Below, piece by piece: positions 19,508 to 29,257 of a DNA stretch of 64,000 nt. Within the stretch, counting starts at the first letter, position 1. Each line of letters begins with the position of its first letter. Made by a program: the position numbers and the translations under genes. The stretch comes from a virus (Duplodnaviria; Caudoviricetes), in IMG/VR virus record IMGVR_UViG_3300037721_000031, positions 1-64,000 of that record; one strand, written 5' to 3'. The notes below the pieces were generated by a model. That model was not told where the DNA came from and made no database searches. It saw only the letters and a list, made by a program, of their open reading frames with translations.

Positions 19508-21148
19508 TCAAACTCCAACAATACCAGAATTCTTTAACAAATTAGACTCAAATCCAGACTGAAGGTATGTATCGCCTTTATTATCTAACTCCATTACTAG
19601 CGACGCCAGAACATCTCTGATATTCTCAGGTATTCTAAATCTAATAGATACTTCATTGCCTTGCAGGTATTCAATCCACTGTGGCGGAAGTGTTAACGTC
19701 CATTGATAACATGAAATTCCTTCAATTATCATGTCTATCGATGCCATAGATGGATTTATGCTTTTAGCATTCTTCGCTCTACTCGACGTTCTCTTTAAGT
19801 AAGGAAACATCTTTCCAAACTTTGTGATATTATCACTGCTCATGCGTGTCTTGTTATCTGCAATGATATTACCACCTACATCAACATAGTTCCTAGGAAT
19901 GGCACTAATGAGTCCAGCAAGACTATGGTAGCCTTTAGACCACAAGTAGGCTTGTGACAGAGCTATCATGCTTAGAATATCAGACTTATTCAGATACGGA
20001 ATTGCTTCGCACGGAATATAATTAGCCAGAATCCACCCAGCGATAGTTATTTGATGGTTAGTTAACTGCTCACCAAACAAAACCTGCACACTCTCAAATG
20101 ACGTCCGCACTAGTTGAGGCATATCAGGACTAGTACTGAGCCTATTAATCAAACTAAGGTCATTACTTGGTTCTCGATTGTAAGCTTGATTAATACTGAG
20201 AGAAATGTATCTACGAATACAAGCTACATCACCCTCAGCAATAGCTTCTTTGATTTTAAAGCCTTCTAGCTTAGAGTGGTTAGAGTTCTCATCACCACCA
20301 GATGACTCAGTTGCATACTTAGGTTTAATAACACCAGTTCGGTTCTCTAATGATTTACTTCGTTGGTCAATGTAGTTATGCAGATATGTAACAAGCGTAT
20401 GATCTGAATTGATACCACGAATATCTGCAGACGTTAAACGCCTAACTACAGTAACTGCAAGAATCCATTCTGGAAAGTCTTCAGTACTAACGCCAGAGAA
20501 CACAGCAGCTTCTTTACTACGGTCCTTTGGAATTGTATTAACAACAAATACTTCGAGTCTACGCATCGCTTCACTGAACATCAGATGTGCATTAGAGATT
20601 AAATCAAACGCCTGATATTCCTTGAATGTTGGTCCAGTCTCTTTCTTTGTTTGCAGAATGAATTCTTCCCATACTGGAATCATCACTCGCATCGCTAGTG
20701 TAAGAGTGACTAGCTTCCTATAGTCATCTTCCAGGTATGTTTTCTCACGAGTCCAGGACGTATCCTCTTCAGGATTGAATACCCTCTTGATTCCTGTCGG
20801 AACCAGAAGAGGACTCTTAAGCCAGACCCAGTAATCTAGATCATCCAAAGAATGCAAATCAATCAGACGAGTAGCTAGTGGACGCATCTCTCTAGTCATA
20901 CTCTGAATATCAGGACTTTCGTTAAGGACCGTATAAATCTTCTTATACGTGTCGAATACTAAACTCTGATGCTCGACGGGCGTTTGTTCCCAGTATGCAT
21001 TTATTTCATCAAAATGTTCGAATCCGTATTTCTGAGATGTTCTAATCACTTCTTCAGTAATACTGAATTCTAGCTCTTCTGTTTGGTGCTTAATCAATAC
21101 CTCGTAGGTACCTGACAAAGTCTTTTCTCGACCCAAAACAATTTTCAT
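19508..21148 (-). CDS. Non-virion RNAP sigma-like promoter-specificity subunit (phiKZ gp68-like)
   Basis: 546 aa; REKTYLEDDYRKLV.L.L.MR.MIPVW motif; synteny; upstream early-promoter motif. Confidence 0.75.
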   Translation of the reverse strand: MKIVLGREKTLSGTYEVLIKHQTEELEFSITEEVIRTSQKYGFEHFDEINAYWEQTPVEHQSLVFDTYKKIYTVLNESPDIQSMTREMRPLATRLIDLHSLDDLDYWVWLKSPLLVPTGIKRVFNPEEDTSWTREKTYLEDDYRKLVTLTLAMRVMIPVWEEFILQTKKETGPTFKEYQAFDLISNAHLMFSEAMRRLEVFVVNTIPKDRSKEAAVFSGVSTEDFPEWILAVTVVRRLTSADIRGINSDHTLVTYLHNYIDQRSKSLENRTGVIKPKYATESSGGDENSNHSKLEGFKIKEAIAEGDVACIRRYISLSINQAYNREPSNDLSLINRLSTSPDMPQLVRTSFESVQVLFGEQLTNHQITIAGWILANYIPCEAIPYLNKSDILSMIALSQAYLWSKGYHSLAGLISAIPRNYVDVGGNIIADNKTRMSSDNITKFGKMFPYLKRTSSRAKNAKSINPSMASIDMIIEGISCYQWTLTLPPQWIEYLQGNEVSIRFRIPENIRDVLASLVMELDNKGDTYLQSGFESNLLKNSGIVGV

Positions 21149-21209
21149 CTAGGTATCTCCGTGCAAGCAATTATGCTTATTACAATCATACCGCTACGTT
21201 ACTCAAGAT

Positions 21210-21228
21210 TGTAATATGTGATTGAAAC
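21210..21228 (-). promoter_or_regulatory. Early promoter upstream of the sigma-like subunit
   Basis: Minus strand TTTCA-ATCA-CATATTACA. Confidence 0.75.
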
Positions 21229-21255
21229 AGATTTCATTGAACAGGTCTAATGGCC

Positions 21256-21292
21256 GCATAAGCAGGGAGTCTTAAGACTCCCTGCTATGCCG
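21256..21292. terminator. GCATA...TATGCC palindromic element
   Basis: GCATA-AGCAGGGAGTC-ttaa-GACTCCCTGC-TATGCCG. Confidence 0.8.
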
Positions 21293-21333
21293 CTATGCTT
21301 TTGTAGTGCTGTGTGGATTATCGATTTTAACTA

Positions 21334-22008
21334 TTACCAGGGAGTATCATCATCAGTGACTTGATTACCCTTGGGGCTATCTTGACGCTGATTACCACCA
21401 CCTGCCTGATTACGGTTACCACCGCCCTTATCTTCCTTCGGCTTCGGCTCCACATATTCCTTGACCAACAATTGAGCCATCATCAAACGAAGAACATCGA
21501 GGTACGACTTCGCCATCAGAATAGACACTTCACCCTTGCTGTACGGGGCACCGTCCTTATGCACAAAGCTATGGAACTCGGGATTCACAAACGGGAACTT
21601 AATCTGAGGACGACGAGGCGCAGACACCGCAACCCATACAACTCCATCAGCGTCCTTACCAGCCAGGAGACTAGACTCCACTGTCGGAGTCTCAGCACGC
21701 TTACCACCATTCCAACTAAAGTTGGAGTTATCAATCTTACCTTTGAACTCACCTACAGCGTTAATGGCTTGTTCAATCAAGTTCATGAATGCGAAAAAGA
21801 TGGGTGCATCGATCTTGGCGGCAATCTTACCATAATTAACTTGGTCATCCGGATCGTTGGTGTAGACCACAATTCTCGGGTTGTTATTAATTAGTTGCCA
21901 GAGCAAACTTGCCCTCTTTCCCTTGGTATTTACCGCGGTCATGTTAAGCTTGTTATTATCAAGACCGTTCTTTACACGGGGCTGCGGTTTAAAAGTATTT
22001 TCACTCAT
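21334..22008 (-). CDS. chmC: ChmC-like nucleic-acid-binding protein (phiKZ gp67-like)
   Basis: Synteny (directly upstream of gp68-like); NNPRIVVYTN motif; G/N/Q/R-rich tail ending DDDTPW. Confidence 0.6.
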   Translation of the reverse strand: MSENTFKPQPRVKNGLDNNKLNMTAVNTKGKRASLLWQLINNNPRIVVYTNDPDDQVNYGKIAAKIDAPIFFAFMNLIEQAINAVGEFKGKIDNSNFSWNGGKRAETPTVESSLLAGKDADGVVWVAVSAPRRPQIKFPFVNPEFHSFVHKDGAPYSKGEVSILMAKSYLDVLRLMMAQLLVKEYVEPKPKEDKGGGNRNQAGGGNQRQDSPKGNQVTDDDTPW

Positions 22009-22152
22009 TTTAGTTGCCTTTTTTCTGGCTAAAGATTAGCTTTAAACAATAGCTCTCTAAAGCTATCATCTTTAAGAATTACCATGTGATTGGGTTTACA
22101 AACAATAACTGATATCGATAAAAAGAAGACAATATCTTGGTTTAAATTTACA

Positions 22153-22989
22153 TTAACTTCTAAAAAGTTGTAGTAAATTATCTTTTAAGAAATGATCTTT
22201 CAGTAGACCTATGTCGTATACTAATTTGTCACGAGTAGTTACTTGACTCCAGTTATACTGCGTGGCAAGATCTAAAACAGCTTTTCTAATATTGATAGAC
22301 GTCGGTCTAAAATGTTCCTTATCACCAAACACCTGTATGAATTGCTCATTAAAAGGTATTGTTGGAATTGTTGAGCCATTAAGATATTTAGTATACCATT
22401 GGTGCTTATGTTTGACTGTACCTGTATGTGATTCTAGTAACACAAGTTCTCTAAATCCTTTACAAATTAAATCTAAAGGATAGTGAGTCAGTAACATAGA
22501 CTTACCGTCAGACGATCCTGTTATTTTCAACTTGAATGTCTTTAAATCTTCTTGATGATTTCGCACATAAGGTGCAAGAGAACCTATCATTGCTGAAGTA
22601 TATGTCTTCTGTAATACTGTTGTATCACCTCGCAAATGACTATGCGGATAGGCTCTCTCCATACCTGCATAATCACTCACATAGAAAACCACTTTCATCT
22701 GACCTTTTGTCTCAGAATCTATTACTCGTTGAAATTGATCAGCCTCTACTTCAACTTGTTCGTATAGCGTAACATGAGGAACTGTTTCTACTAGCTCACG
22801 ATCTACTGAGTTATATAGATTACGAAATATGGTCTTTATATTCACCCAGATTTGATCGTACAGTATTAGTTCATTCTTACCTGTCGGATGCTCCTCATGT
22901 TCACCAATAGCACCTTCTATCGCAAGTGAGGTAGCTATCGATAATGGATATTTACCCATTACTCGATCAGCGAGTATTCCTACATTCAT
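22153..22989 (-). CDS. Conserved phiKZ-like hypothetical protein (gp66-like)
   Basis: PLSIATSLAIE, LLTHYPLDL, LLESHTG, WYTKY motifs; synteny after the SbcD-like gene. Confidence 0.6.
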   Translation of the reverse strand: MNVGILADRVMGKYPLSIATSLAIEGAIGEHEEHPTGKNELILYDQIWVNIKTIFRNLYNSVDRELVETVPHVTLYEQVEVEADQFQRVIDSETKGQMKVVFYVSDYAGMERAYPHSHLRGDTTVLQKTYTSAMIGSLAPYVRNHQEDLKTFKLKITGSSDGKSMLLTHYPLDLICKGFRELVLLESHTGTVKHKHQWYTKYLNGSTIPTIPFNEQFIQVFGDKEHFRPTSINIRKAVLDLATQYNWSQVTTRDKLVYDIGLLKDHFLKDNLLQLFRS

Positions 22990-22995
22990 GATAAA

Positions 22996-24123
22996 TTACC
23001 TTAACTCAATCAAGAGTTTTTCAGCTAAACTCAATAGCTTAGGATCTTGAATTTTTAAGCTGACTCTAGTCATTACGAGTTTATCAATATTATCTCGTGT
23101 TATTTGAATTGGTACGTATTCATCATTAATTTCTTTATCTTGAATAAAGTTAACATCATCGTCCACAGAGCGGACTATTTTCGTCCAAGTAATCAGTGGT
23201 CGATGACGTACCAATTGTTCCATTTCTGTAATAATAGGATTGTCTTTAGAGCAAGATAAACGTACATGAGAGCCATCTGGAAGATCATCTGTGGATTGAT
23301 GTACTTTCTGTAAAGTCTGCTCTAATGTTAAATGTTCGCAATCTACCGTGACATATTTTCTAGCTTTCTTGTTCTCATGAAAAACTATTTCAAAGTCATT
23401 ACGGGAGCGAACTGTGACACGAACATGACCTTTTGCTTCCTCCTCACCATGGGACAGTCTATCGAACGAACCTTGTGCTATAATTCTATCATGACGACTA
23501 TACGTGTGGATATGTCCGATGAATATAAACTTATCCACTAACCGCAAGTACTCTTGCTCATTATGCCTTGGTGCTTTAACAACTGGCGGCAACTGATAAG
23601 AAAATTGACCATGCATAAATGCATAATCTACAGTCTTCAAATTACGAGCAGTCATTAACTCTCTGACTTGAGACAGCGTGTTATCGGTAGATTCATCCCA
23701 CTCATCAGGAACATATAGAACATTAATGTCCAGCTGCTCTATATACTCTATTGATAATTCCTTTACGTATTGAAGGTTGGCATTTATACGTGCCTCTTCA
23801 TTAAGTAAGACAAATCTCTGAGATTGATCTCTGTCGTGACTTGGCGTACCGTACAGTACACGTAAAATGACATCATGCTTCTTACAGCGACGTAGCAGCT
23901 GCATTATCCATGCGTCGATGGAATAAACACAATCGTCAGATAAGTTCAGTAATCTATCAAATACATCACCAGCTAAAACTAATAAGTCAAGCTGAGCAAA
24001 TGACGCATTATCAGCAAACTCTCTATCTAAGTTTTCGATTATATACTCTGTCTCGTTACGTCTAGAACCAAGGTGAATATCAGACACCACGGCTAATTTC
24101 AATTCACTCTTCAATTCACTCAT
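22996..24123 (-). CDS. SbcD/Mre11-like metallophosphoesterase nuclease
   Basis: SDIHLG, LAGDVFD, GTPSHD, MHGQF, IGHIH motifs. Confidence 0.9.
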   Translation of the reverse strand: MSELKSELKLAVVSDIHLGSRRNETEYIIENLDREFADNASFAQLDLLVLAGDVFDRLLNLSDDCVYSIDAWIMQLLRRCKKHDVILRVLYGTPSHDRDQSQRFVLLNEEARINANLQYVKELSIEYIEQLDINVLYVPDEWDESTDNTLSQVRELMTARNLKTVDYAFMHGQFSYQLPPVVKAPRHNEQEYLRLVDKFIFIGHIHTYSRHDRIIAQGSFDRLSHGEEEAKGHVRVTVRSRNDFEIVFHENKKARKYVTVDCEHLTLEQTLQKVHQSTDDLPDGSHVRLSCSKDNPIITEMEQLVRHRPLITWTKIVRSVDDDVNFIQDKEINDEYVPIQITRDNIDKLVMTRVSLKIQDPKLLSLAEKLLIELR

Positions 24124-24153
24124 GATGTTTAATATAAAAGTTATATAGTTATT

Positions 24154-24753
24154 TTAGAAGACGTCAGAATCATACTCAAAATCGTTTTTATTTTGTTCAG
24201 AGTCTGGAGTACTTTTAATATCAGTGGTAACAGCATCTTTAGTCTGCACCATATAGTCTGGCAACTTTCTATCGTATCTCAGACAGATCTCCGACCAAGC
24301 TTTTATGTTACGCATAACTAAAGGATTACCGTCTTTTACGATATTCCTGCGATTCATCTGGTCTTCAAAATAGCGCTCTGCTCGCTTCGGATGCAGATTA
24401 CTAAGCTGTTCAGTGGTAGCTACGATGTGTGTAATAGGCGTAGCATTGTTATCGGCGCTATTGAGAGTAACTGCTTCTCTCTCAAAGAATGCTGGCACTG
24501 TGTACAAAACTTCCCCATTATTACCTGTGACATTTACAGGCATATACGGGTTTCCAGCAATACCAAACCAAGTTTGTAACAGATCAGTATCCTGAGGAAC
24601 CTCACCTAGAAATAGAGGTAAAAAATGATTTACAAATAGTTGTTCAGGCAGTACAGCGATAGATGCTTTTGTTATCTTATCTAAAGCTTCTGAAACACCG
24701 CTTATTTCAATACCCTGCCTGGACTTCTTAAATTTCTCAATATCGATTTTCAT
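24154..24753 (-). CDS. Conserved hypothetical protein (probable start MKIDIEK at 24753)
   Basis: LPEQLFVNHFLPLF, W..IAGNPY.PV.V motifs; the track's longer start lies within a hairpin. Confidence 0.65.
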   Translation of the reverse strand: MKIDIEKFKKSRQGIEISGVSEALDKITKASIAVLPEQLFVNHFLPLFLGEVPQDTDLLQTWFGIAGNPYMPVNVTGNNGEVLYTVPAFFEREAVTLNSADNNATPITHIVATTEQLSNLHPKRAERYFEDQMNRRNIVKDGNPLVMRNIKAWSEICLRYDRKLPDYMVQTKDAVTTDIKSTPDSEQNKNDFEYDSDVF

Positions 24754-24771
24754 AGAGCTATCTCCAAATAA

Positions 24772-24808
24772 GGCACAAGCAGACAAGAGGAACTTCCTCT
24801 TGTCTGCT
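24772..24808. terminator. Hairpin with variant GGCACA flank
   Basis: AGCAGACAAGAGGAA-c-TTCCTCTTGTCTGCT, 24778-24808. Confidence 0.7.
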
Positions 24809-24827
24809 ATCTATTTACTTATTTTAT

Positions 24828-25499
24828 TTAACTATCACACTTTACCGTAGTAACTTGACCGTCTTGGCTCACGTTAAGCTTACCCGATGTAACTGCCGGT
24901 GTCGGGCCACGTCGAGTAATTACTTGGAACGACTTTTCTGCTTCTTGTAACTCAGGTGAGTCATCCAAAGCCATGAAATCTGCCTCTTGATAATATTCAT
25001 ATCCCTCGATATTTTGAGCGACATGCATCAGTGTACCAATTGCAGGCGTCTTGAATTCAGGATTAATTGTGCGTATCAGTTTTAATTGTCGCTGAATCTC
25101 GTGAAATTGTTCTTTTGACGGTTGCGCTTTAAGATCAACAAAGGTGGTAGCACCTAGCTTATTAGAATTCTCTTGAAATACAGTTAAGTGATACGGCCCT
25201 GTACTATCCAGTGAATCATTGATAATCAGCTTATAGGTGTTACTAGTATTAGGAAGATCCATATCCAGTAACACCAGGCATGACCCGTCACTCAGTTTCC
25301 GAGGCCGAACAAGAAACTTATCAGGACTCACACGACGATGAGTAGCTACCAAAGCCCTGATGCTATCACTAAGCTCTGAGAAGATTTCGCACTTAATCTT
25401 TGCAATCGCTTCTGGATTATTTACTTGTTTATTTACCAGACCGGTAACGTGTGCAGTGATAATGCTGTCCAAACCGTGTTCGTGATGATCATGAGACAT
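24828..25499 (-). CDS. Hypothetical protein
   Basis: 223-aa ATG ORF with AGGA-like RBS. Confidence 0.7.
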   Translation of the reverse strand: MSHDHHEHGLDSIITAHVTGLVNKQVNNPEAIAKIKCEIFSELSDSIRALVATHRRVSPDKFLVRPRKLSDGSCLVLLDMDLPNTSNTYKLIINDSLDSTGPYHLTVFQENSNKLGATTFVDLKAQPSKEQFHEIQRQLKLIRTINPEFKTPAIGTLMHVAQNIEGYEYYQEADFMALDDSPELQEAEKSFQVITRRGPTPAVTSGKLNVSQDGQVTTVKCDS

Positions 25500-25550
25500 A
25501 ATGATTTCCTTTTGAGATGATTGCGTATTAGACGCAGACTATATTGGTTC

Positions 25551-25964
25551 TTAGGTAGCGTTATTATTCAGGTTAACAAATTCTTTAAATCTACCATCTA
25601 TTAGAGAAATGAGTCTACTAACTTGATATTCGACACCATCCTTAATTAGCCGTATATCTAAAGACATTCTCATTTTAGAAGAAGATGTTGACGAGTCTTC
25701 TTCTGTAACAGATACATTAGCCTGAACGCTATCATAATACCTTGACATGTATGTAATAATTGCCTGTCTCACAGCCATGACAGCTTTATCTGTACTACCC
25801 GAAGCCTCTTCGAGAATCCAAGGCATGCTAGTTATGTTATTTCCATACAAACAAGTTTGAAACTTGTCTGAATGAAACATATGTGATAATAAAAAATCTG
25901 CAGATTCAGCTGGATTTTTAACCCAACCAAACGTAGAGAGTGTAGGCACTATCATAATAGTCAC
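25551..25964 (-). CDS. Conserved phiKZ-like hypothetical protein
   Basis: VPTLSTFGWV motif; core-block position. Confidence 0.65.
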   Translation of the reverse strand: MTIMIVPTLSTFGWVKNPAESADFLLSHMFHSDKFQTCLYGNNITSMPWILEEASGSTDKAVMAVRQAIITYMSRYYDSVQANVSVTEEDSSTSSSKMRMSLDIRLIKDGVEYQVSRLISLIDGRFKEFVNLNNNAT

Positions 25965-25976
25965 TTTTTGATTTCA

Positions 25977-26741
25977 TTAACTAGTGATTGATCTTTCAAA
26001 TGACCAGCCATTCCTGAAAATTCTTTGGTACAATTTATAGTACGGGATGCCCAGGTGGCGGGACCATTCTTTAAGTGTTTTGGTTTGACCGTTATGCGTG
26101 ATGATTAGAAAGTTAGTTCTTCTAACTTCTTCACTTACAGCTTCCTCAATTGATAGGCCTCTTTCAAGCCGCCTTTTTAAGGTCTGTTTACAAATACCGT
26201 ATTTCCTAGCAATCTGAGATCTAGTTAAGCTAATATCATCTAGAATGTGACGGATGTTTGTCCTTTTGTTATTGTGTTGTTCTTCTAGAGTAGCCCAATG
26301 ACAATTACTCAGCTCATAATTACCACCGTTTTCACGACGGTCAAGGGTATGTTCTGGTGTTGGCCGAGGCTTCATATCTTGGTAGAAGCTCTCAAAAGAG
26401 TTCTTCCAACTGTCGCAAACTGTTATTCCACGACCACCGTAGTTATCGTATTCATCGCATCTCTTATCAAAACATCTCTGGAGCATTACTCTCCAGATCT
26501 TATATTCTGGAGTTTTAGCTAAACCGTGTGTCTTATTAATTTCAGAAGCTTTTTCATCTCTGAAACATCCGCAACTTTTGGTATGACCACTTCTAAGATG
26601 TCCAGTGTATACAACAGTAGAAGTATTACAGTCACATAGACATATCCACATCAATCCGCCATCAACAGCTCTACGTATATGTTTTCTATGAACAACCAAT
26701 CGTCCAAAACGTTGTCCTACTAAATCAATAGGTACAGACAT
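25977..26741 (-). CDS. Free-standing HNH homing endonuclease
   Basis: GQRFGRLVV, WICLCDC, SCGC, YGGRGITVCDSW, HTLDRRENGGNYELSNCHW..EQHNNK; two C-terminal modules. Confidence 0.9.
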   Translation of the reverse strand: MSVPIDLVGQRFGRLVVHRKHIRRAVDGGLMWICLCDCNTSTVVYTGHLRSGHTKSCGCFRDEKASEINKTHGLAKTPEYKIWRVMLQRCFDKRCDEYDNYGGRGITVCDSWKNSFESFYQDMKPRPTPEHTLDRRENGGNYELSNCHWATLEEQHNNKRTNIRHILDDISLTRSQIARKYGICKQTLKRRLERGLSIEEAVSEEVRRTNFLIITHNGQTKTLKEWSRHLGIPYYKLYQRIFRNGWSFERSITS

Positions 26742-26857
26742 AATACTTTAATCTTTTAGTTACATTCATTTCATCGAGCGTATGTCTATAACGGTAGTCA
26801 TGGCTTTTCTTTTATGGGGTTAACGTTGTCTGTAGAACAAAAAAATAGAAATGTACA

Positions 26858-26896
26858 GCGATAGAGCTATGGCCTTTGGCCATAGCTCTTATGCCG
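26858..26896. terminator. Palindromic element with TATGCCG
   Basis: 12-bp stem 26863-74/26878-89; TATGCCG 26890. Confidence 0.8.
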
Positions 26897-26917
26897 TCAA
26901 ATCACTTTTTTAGTCTT

Positions 26918-27586
26918 TTACAAATTACAAGCACTTGGTGATGTGGGATCTTCTTTACCAGGAGTCATCATTGATTTAATCAAATCCCACGTAGACACAA
27001 TATCTACCTTCTCAGACAGGCTTAGACGAACATCGTCGTCGTCACCTTCGAAGTAGATTGTGGTCTTCCAGTCTACATCACCCTCGACACATTCTTGAAT
27101 AAGACCAGACATTACTTTTCTATAGTCGGTATGGTCAGTTCCTATCGATGCTGGTTCCATATCAATATACGTATCAGAGTAACCATCACACCTTTGTTGA
27201 TGGTACAGTTCCCTAACATCTGGACAAGCCATGATCCAGCGTTGCATCGACAACGGTGCTTGCTGCATAGCTCCAATATTGCTAAGAGGACGAATAATGT
27301 CTGTCTGAAAACAATATTGAACAGTACGGATAGCTGCCTTTGCAGCACGTAATGCTTCTGAGCCATTATAACGTTGAAACACTTCACGGCCTTGCTCCAT
27401 AAAGGCTTTGCCAGTGTTTGTTAAAGAGTCACTCAATCGATACGCCTGATCCTCAAGGAAGTTCAATGCTGATTGAGTCTTTTCACCAAATGCAAATAAC
27501 TCGAGGGTACCTGGATCACCGGTGATTATCCTCATAGAACTAACTCCTTTTTCAATATAAAGGGAAGACTTCCAATCATCCCTCAA
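26918..27586 (-). CDS. Conserved nucleus-block hypothetical protein (phiKZ gp59-like by synteny; start may be MRII at about 27534)
   Basis: MQRWIMACP and DYRKVMSG motifs; directly downstream of RNAP beta'-N. Confidence 0.55.
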   Translation of the reverse strand: MRDDWKSSLYIEKGVSSMRIITGDPGTLELFAFGEKTQSALNFLEDQAYRLSDSLTNTGKAFMEQGREVFQRYNGSEALRAAKAAIRTVQYCFQTDIIRPLSNIGAMQQAPLSMQRWIMACPDVRELYHQQRCDGYSDTYIDMEPASIGTDHTDYRKVMSGLIQECVEGDVDWKTTIYFEGDDDDVRLSLSEKVDIVSTWDLIKSMMTPGKEDPTSPSACNL

Positions 27587-27593
27587 ACCAATA

Positions 27594-29081
27594 CTATTCT
27601 TCAGCGCCTAGCATTTCAACCATCAACCTTCTCTTAACTTGATCCGTTTGATTACTACGGTATTCAAGCCAATTAGAAATTGATCCAACTACAGGCTTAG
27701 GGATTGCCAAAGAATCAGATACTGAGCGTGGCTTCTCCATACCGAATGTCGACATGTGCGGAGCCAGATGTTCAAATTCCTTTTCCATTCGCTGATCAAT
27801 AGTCAATGAAAACTGGAGAGCATCTCCATCGAAGTCAGCATTGAGCGATCTAACTATTAGAATAGGTAGACTTACAGTTGGAATATCAGGATCTGTTTTA
27901 ACTTTGGTAATGTATACGTGCTGAATCGAACCTCTAAGAAGGCTAGGTGGGCGATTCAAGTTGCATGAAATACCACGACCATTCGGAGCTTCAGCAATTA
28001 ACTCTTTGAATAAGCTGTCCAATAGAGGACTGTATTTCTGCGCATGTTCATTGATGAATAGAATAGCTTCATTTGGTGTATAGCCCAATTTCATCAACTT
28101 ATTCATTAGATGAATTCTCAGCACAGATGTGGCAACACCCCACGGAATGTAAATCTCATCGTAGTTATGTGCATCTGTGATTGAGGAGATCACAGCTCTG
28201 AAGCTGAAATGCGATCGTGTGGCAAACACATGCTTACGAAAGATACCTTCTTTCTTAGCAAGATGCTTATCGTAAATCGTCTCGTAGAACTCTGCAAGCT
28301 GACTGATTGTTCTTGCTGTTCTATTTTCTTTAGTGCGTTGGCTATGGATCTTGTACTCAGTATCAATACCGGCCAGTGTACGTATCGCGTCTACTGCACC
28401 AGTTGTGATCGGATCTACATAAGTACCTAGATCATTCTTCTCCACCACCAATAAGCTTCTATGGGGAATCGGTAGAAACCTGGAAAAGACGCAATCTCTG
28501 TGCTGCTCGATAACCGTTCTGAGTACTGCTTTATGATTGCGTTTAACTTTAAACGGCTTAATCTCATAAAGCGCATCAATAATGGCGTCAAAGTTTTCTA
28601 CAAAGAAATTGTAACTACGTTCAATAGGTTGCCCATTGATAGTAATCTCTTGGACTGCACATTGAGTTAGTGGCGGGATAGTGCTTGGATGATAACTGGT
28701 ATCGGTCAGCCACTGAATAACATTAAAGTTAGAGTGTGTGAAGTGCTGAGTAAGCATTGTCCACACAATCGGATTCATTAGAGGTGCTACGCCATTTGGA
28801 GATCTAATCCACGTAAGTGGTTGAAGATCTTGATCAAATAGAGGCTTTACACGCGTTTCGCATTTCGAACAATAGACACCAACTCCTTTAGAATCGATGT
28901 TATATTCACCAGTAACTTCACCACATTCACATGACGGAATATTGGTCAGTAAATCCCGTGAGAACGTAGTGTAGATAAGTTTATTCAGCTTCTCTTTATC
29001 TTGTTCTGAAAATGCTGGTAAATCATTAATGATTACTGGTGACTTACCAATAAGGTTTGTGAATACCTTATCTAAATTCAC
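27594..29081 (-). CDS. Non-virion RNA polymerase beta'-like subunit, N-terminal/catalytic part (gp55-like)
   Basis: NADFDGD catalytic motif, NRPPSL, CECG..CSKC zinc finger, RKHVFATRSHFSFRAVI. Confidence 0.95.
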   Translation of the reverse strand: MNLDKVFTNLIGKSPVIINDLPAFSEQDKEKLNKLIYTTFSRDLLTNIPSCECGEVTGEYNIDSKGVGVYCSKCETRVKPLFDQDLQPLTWIRSPNGVAPLMNPIVWTMLTQHFTHSNFNVIQWLTDTSYHPSTIPPLTQCAVQEITINGQPIERSYNFFVENFDAIIDALYEIKPFKVKRNHKAVLRTVIEQHRDCVFSRFLPIPHRSLLVVEKNDLGTYVDPITTGAVDAIRTLAGIDTEYKIHSQRTKENRTARTISQLAEFYETIYDKHLAKKEGIFRKHVFATRSHFSFRAVISSITDAHNYDEIYIPWGVATSVLRIHLMNKLMKLGYTPNEAILFINEHAQKYSPLLDSLFKELIAEAPNGRGISCNLNRPPSLLRGSIQHVYITKVKTDPDIPTVSLPILIVRSLNADFDGDALQFSLTIDQRMEKEFEHLAPHMSTFGMEKPRSVSDSLAIPKPVVGSISNWLEYRSNQTDQVKRRLMVEMLGAEE

Positions 29082-29178
29082 TAATCTTTGAGCTACTCCT
29101 ATGATTTTCTCCTTGATTAAATTAGGATCTGAAGTAACTAAACTTTTATGCTTTCTTATACTGTTTTTCTAAATTGCG

Positions 29179-29214
29179 AAAAAAAAGAGAGACCACCCGA
29201 AGGCAGTCTCTCTT
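29179..29214 (-). terminator. Classical intrinsic terminator after chimallin
   Basis: Minus strand AAGAGAGACTGCC-TTCG-GGTGGTCTCTC-T8 (cUUCGg loop). Confidence 0.9.
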
Positions 29215-29257
29215 CTCGCCCCACCGTTAAGTGGGGACTTCCTCAGGGATGAAACCC

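Noticed and set aside
25965-26917. HNH genes as group I intron-encoded ORFs
   Set aside because: Flanking genes appear complete with their own starts and stops; no intron P/Q/R/S elements recognised
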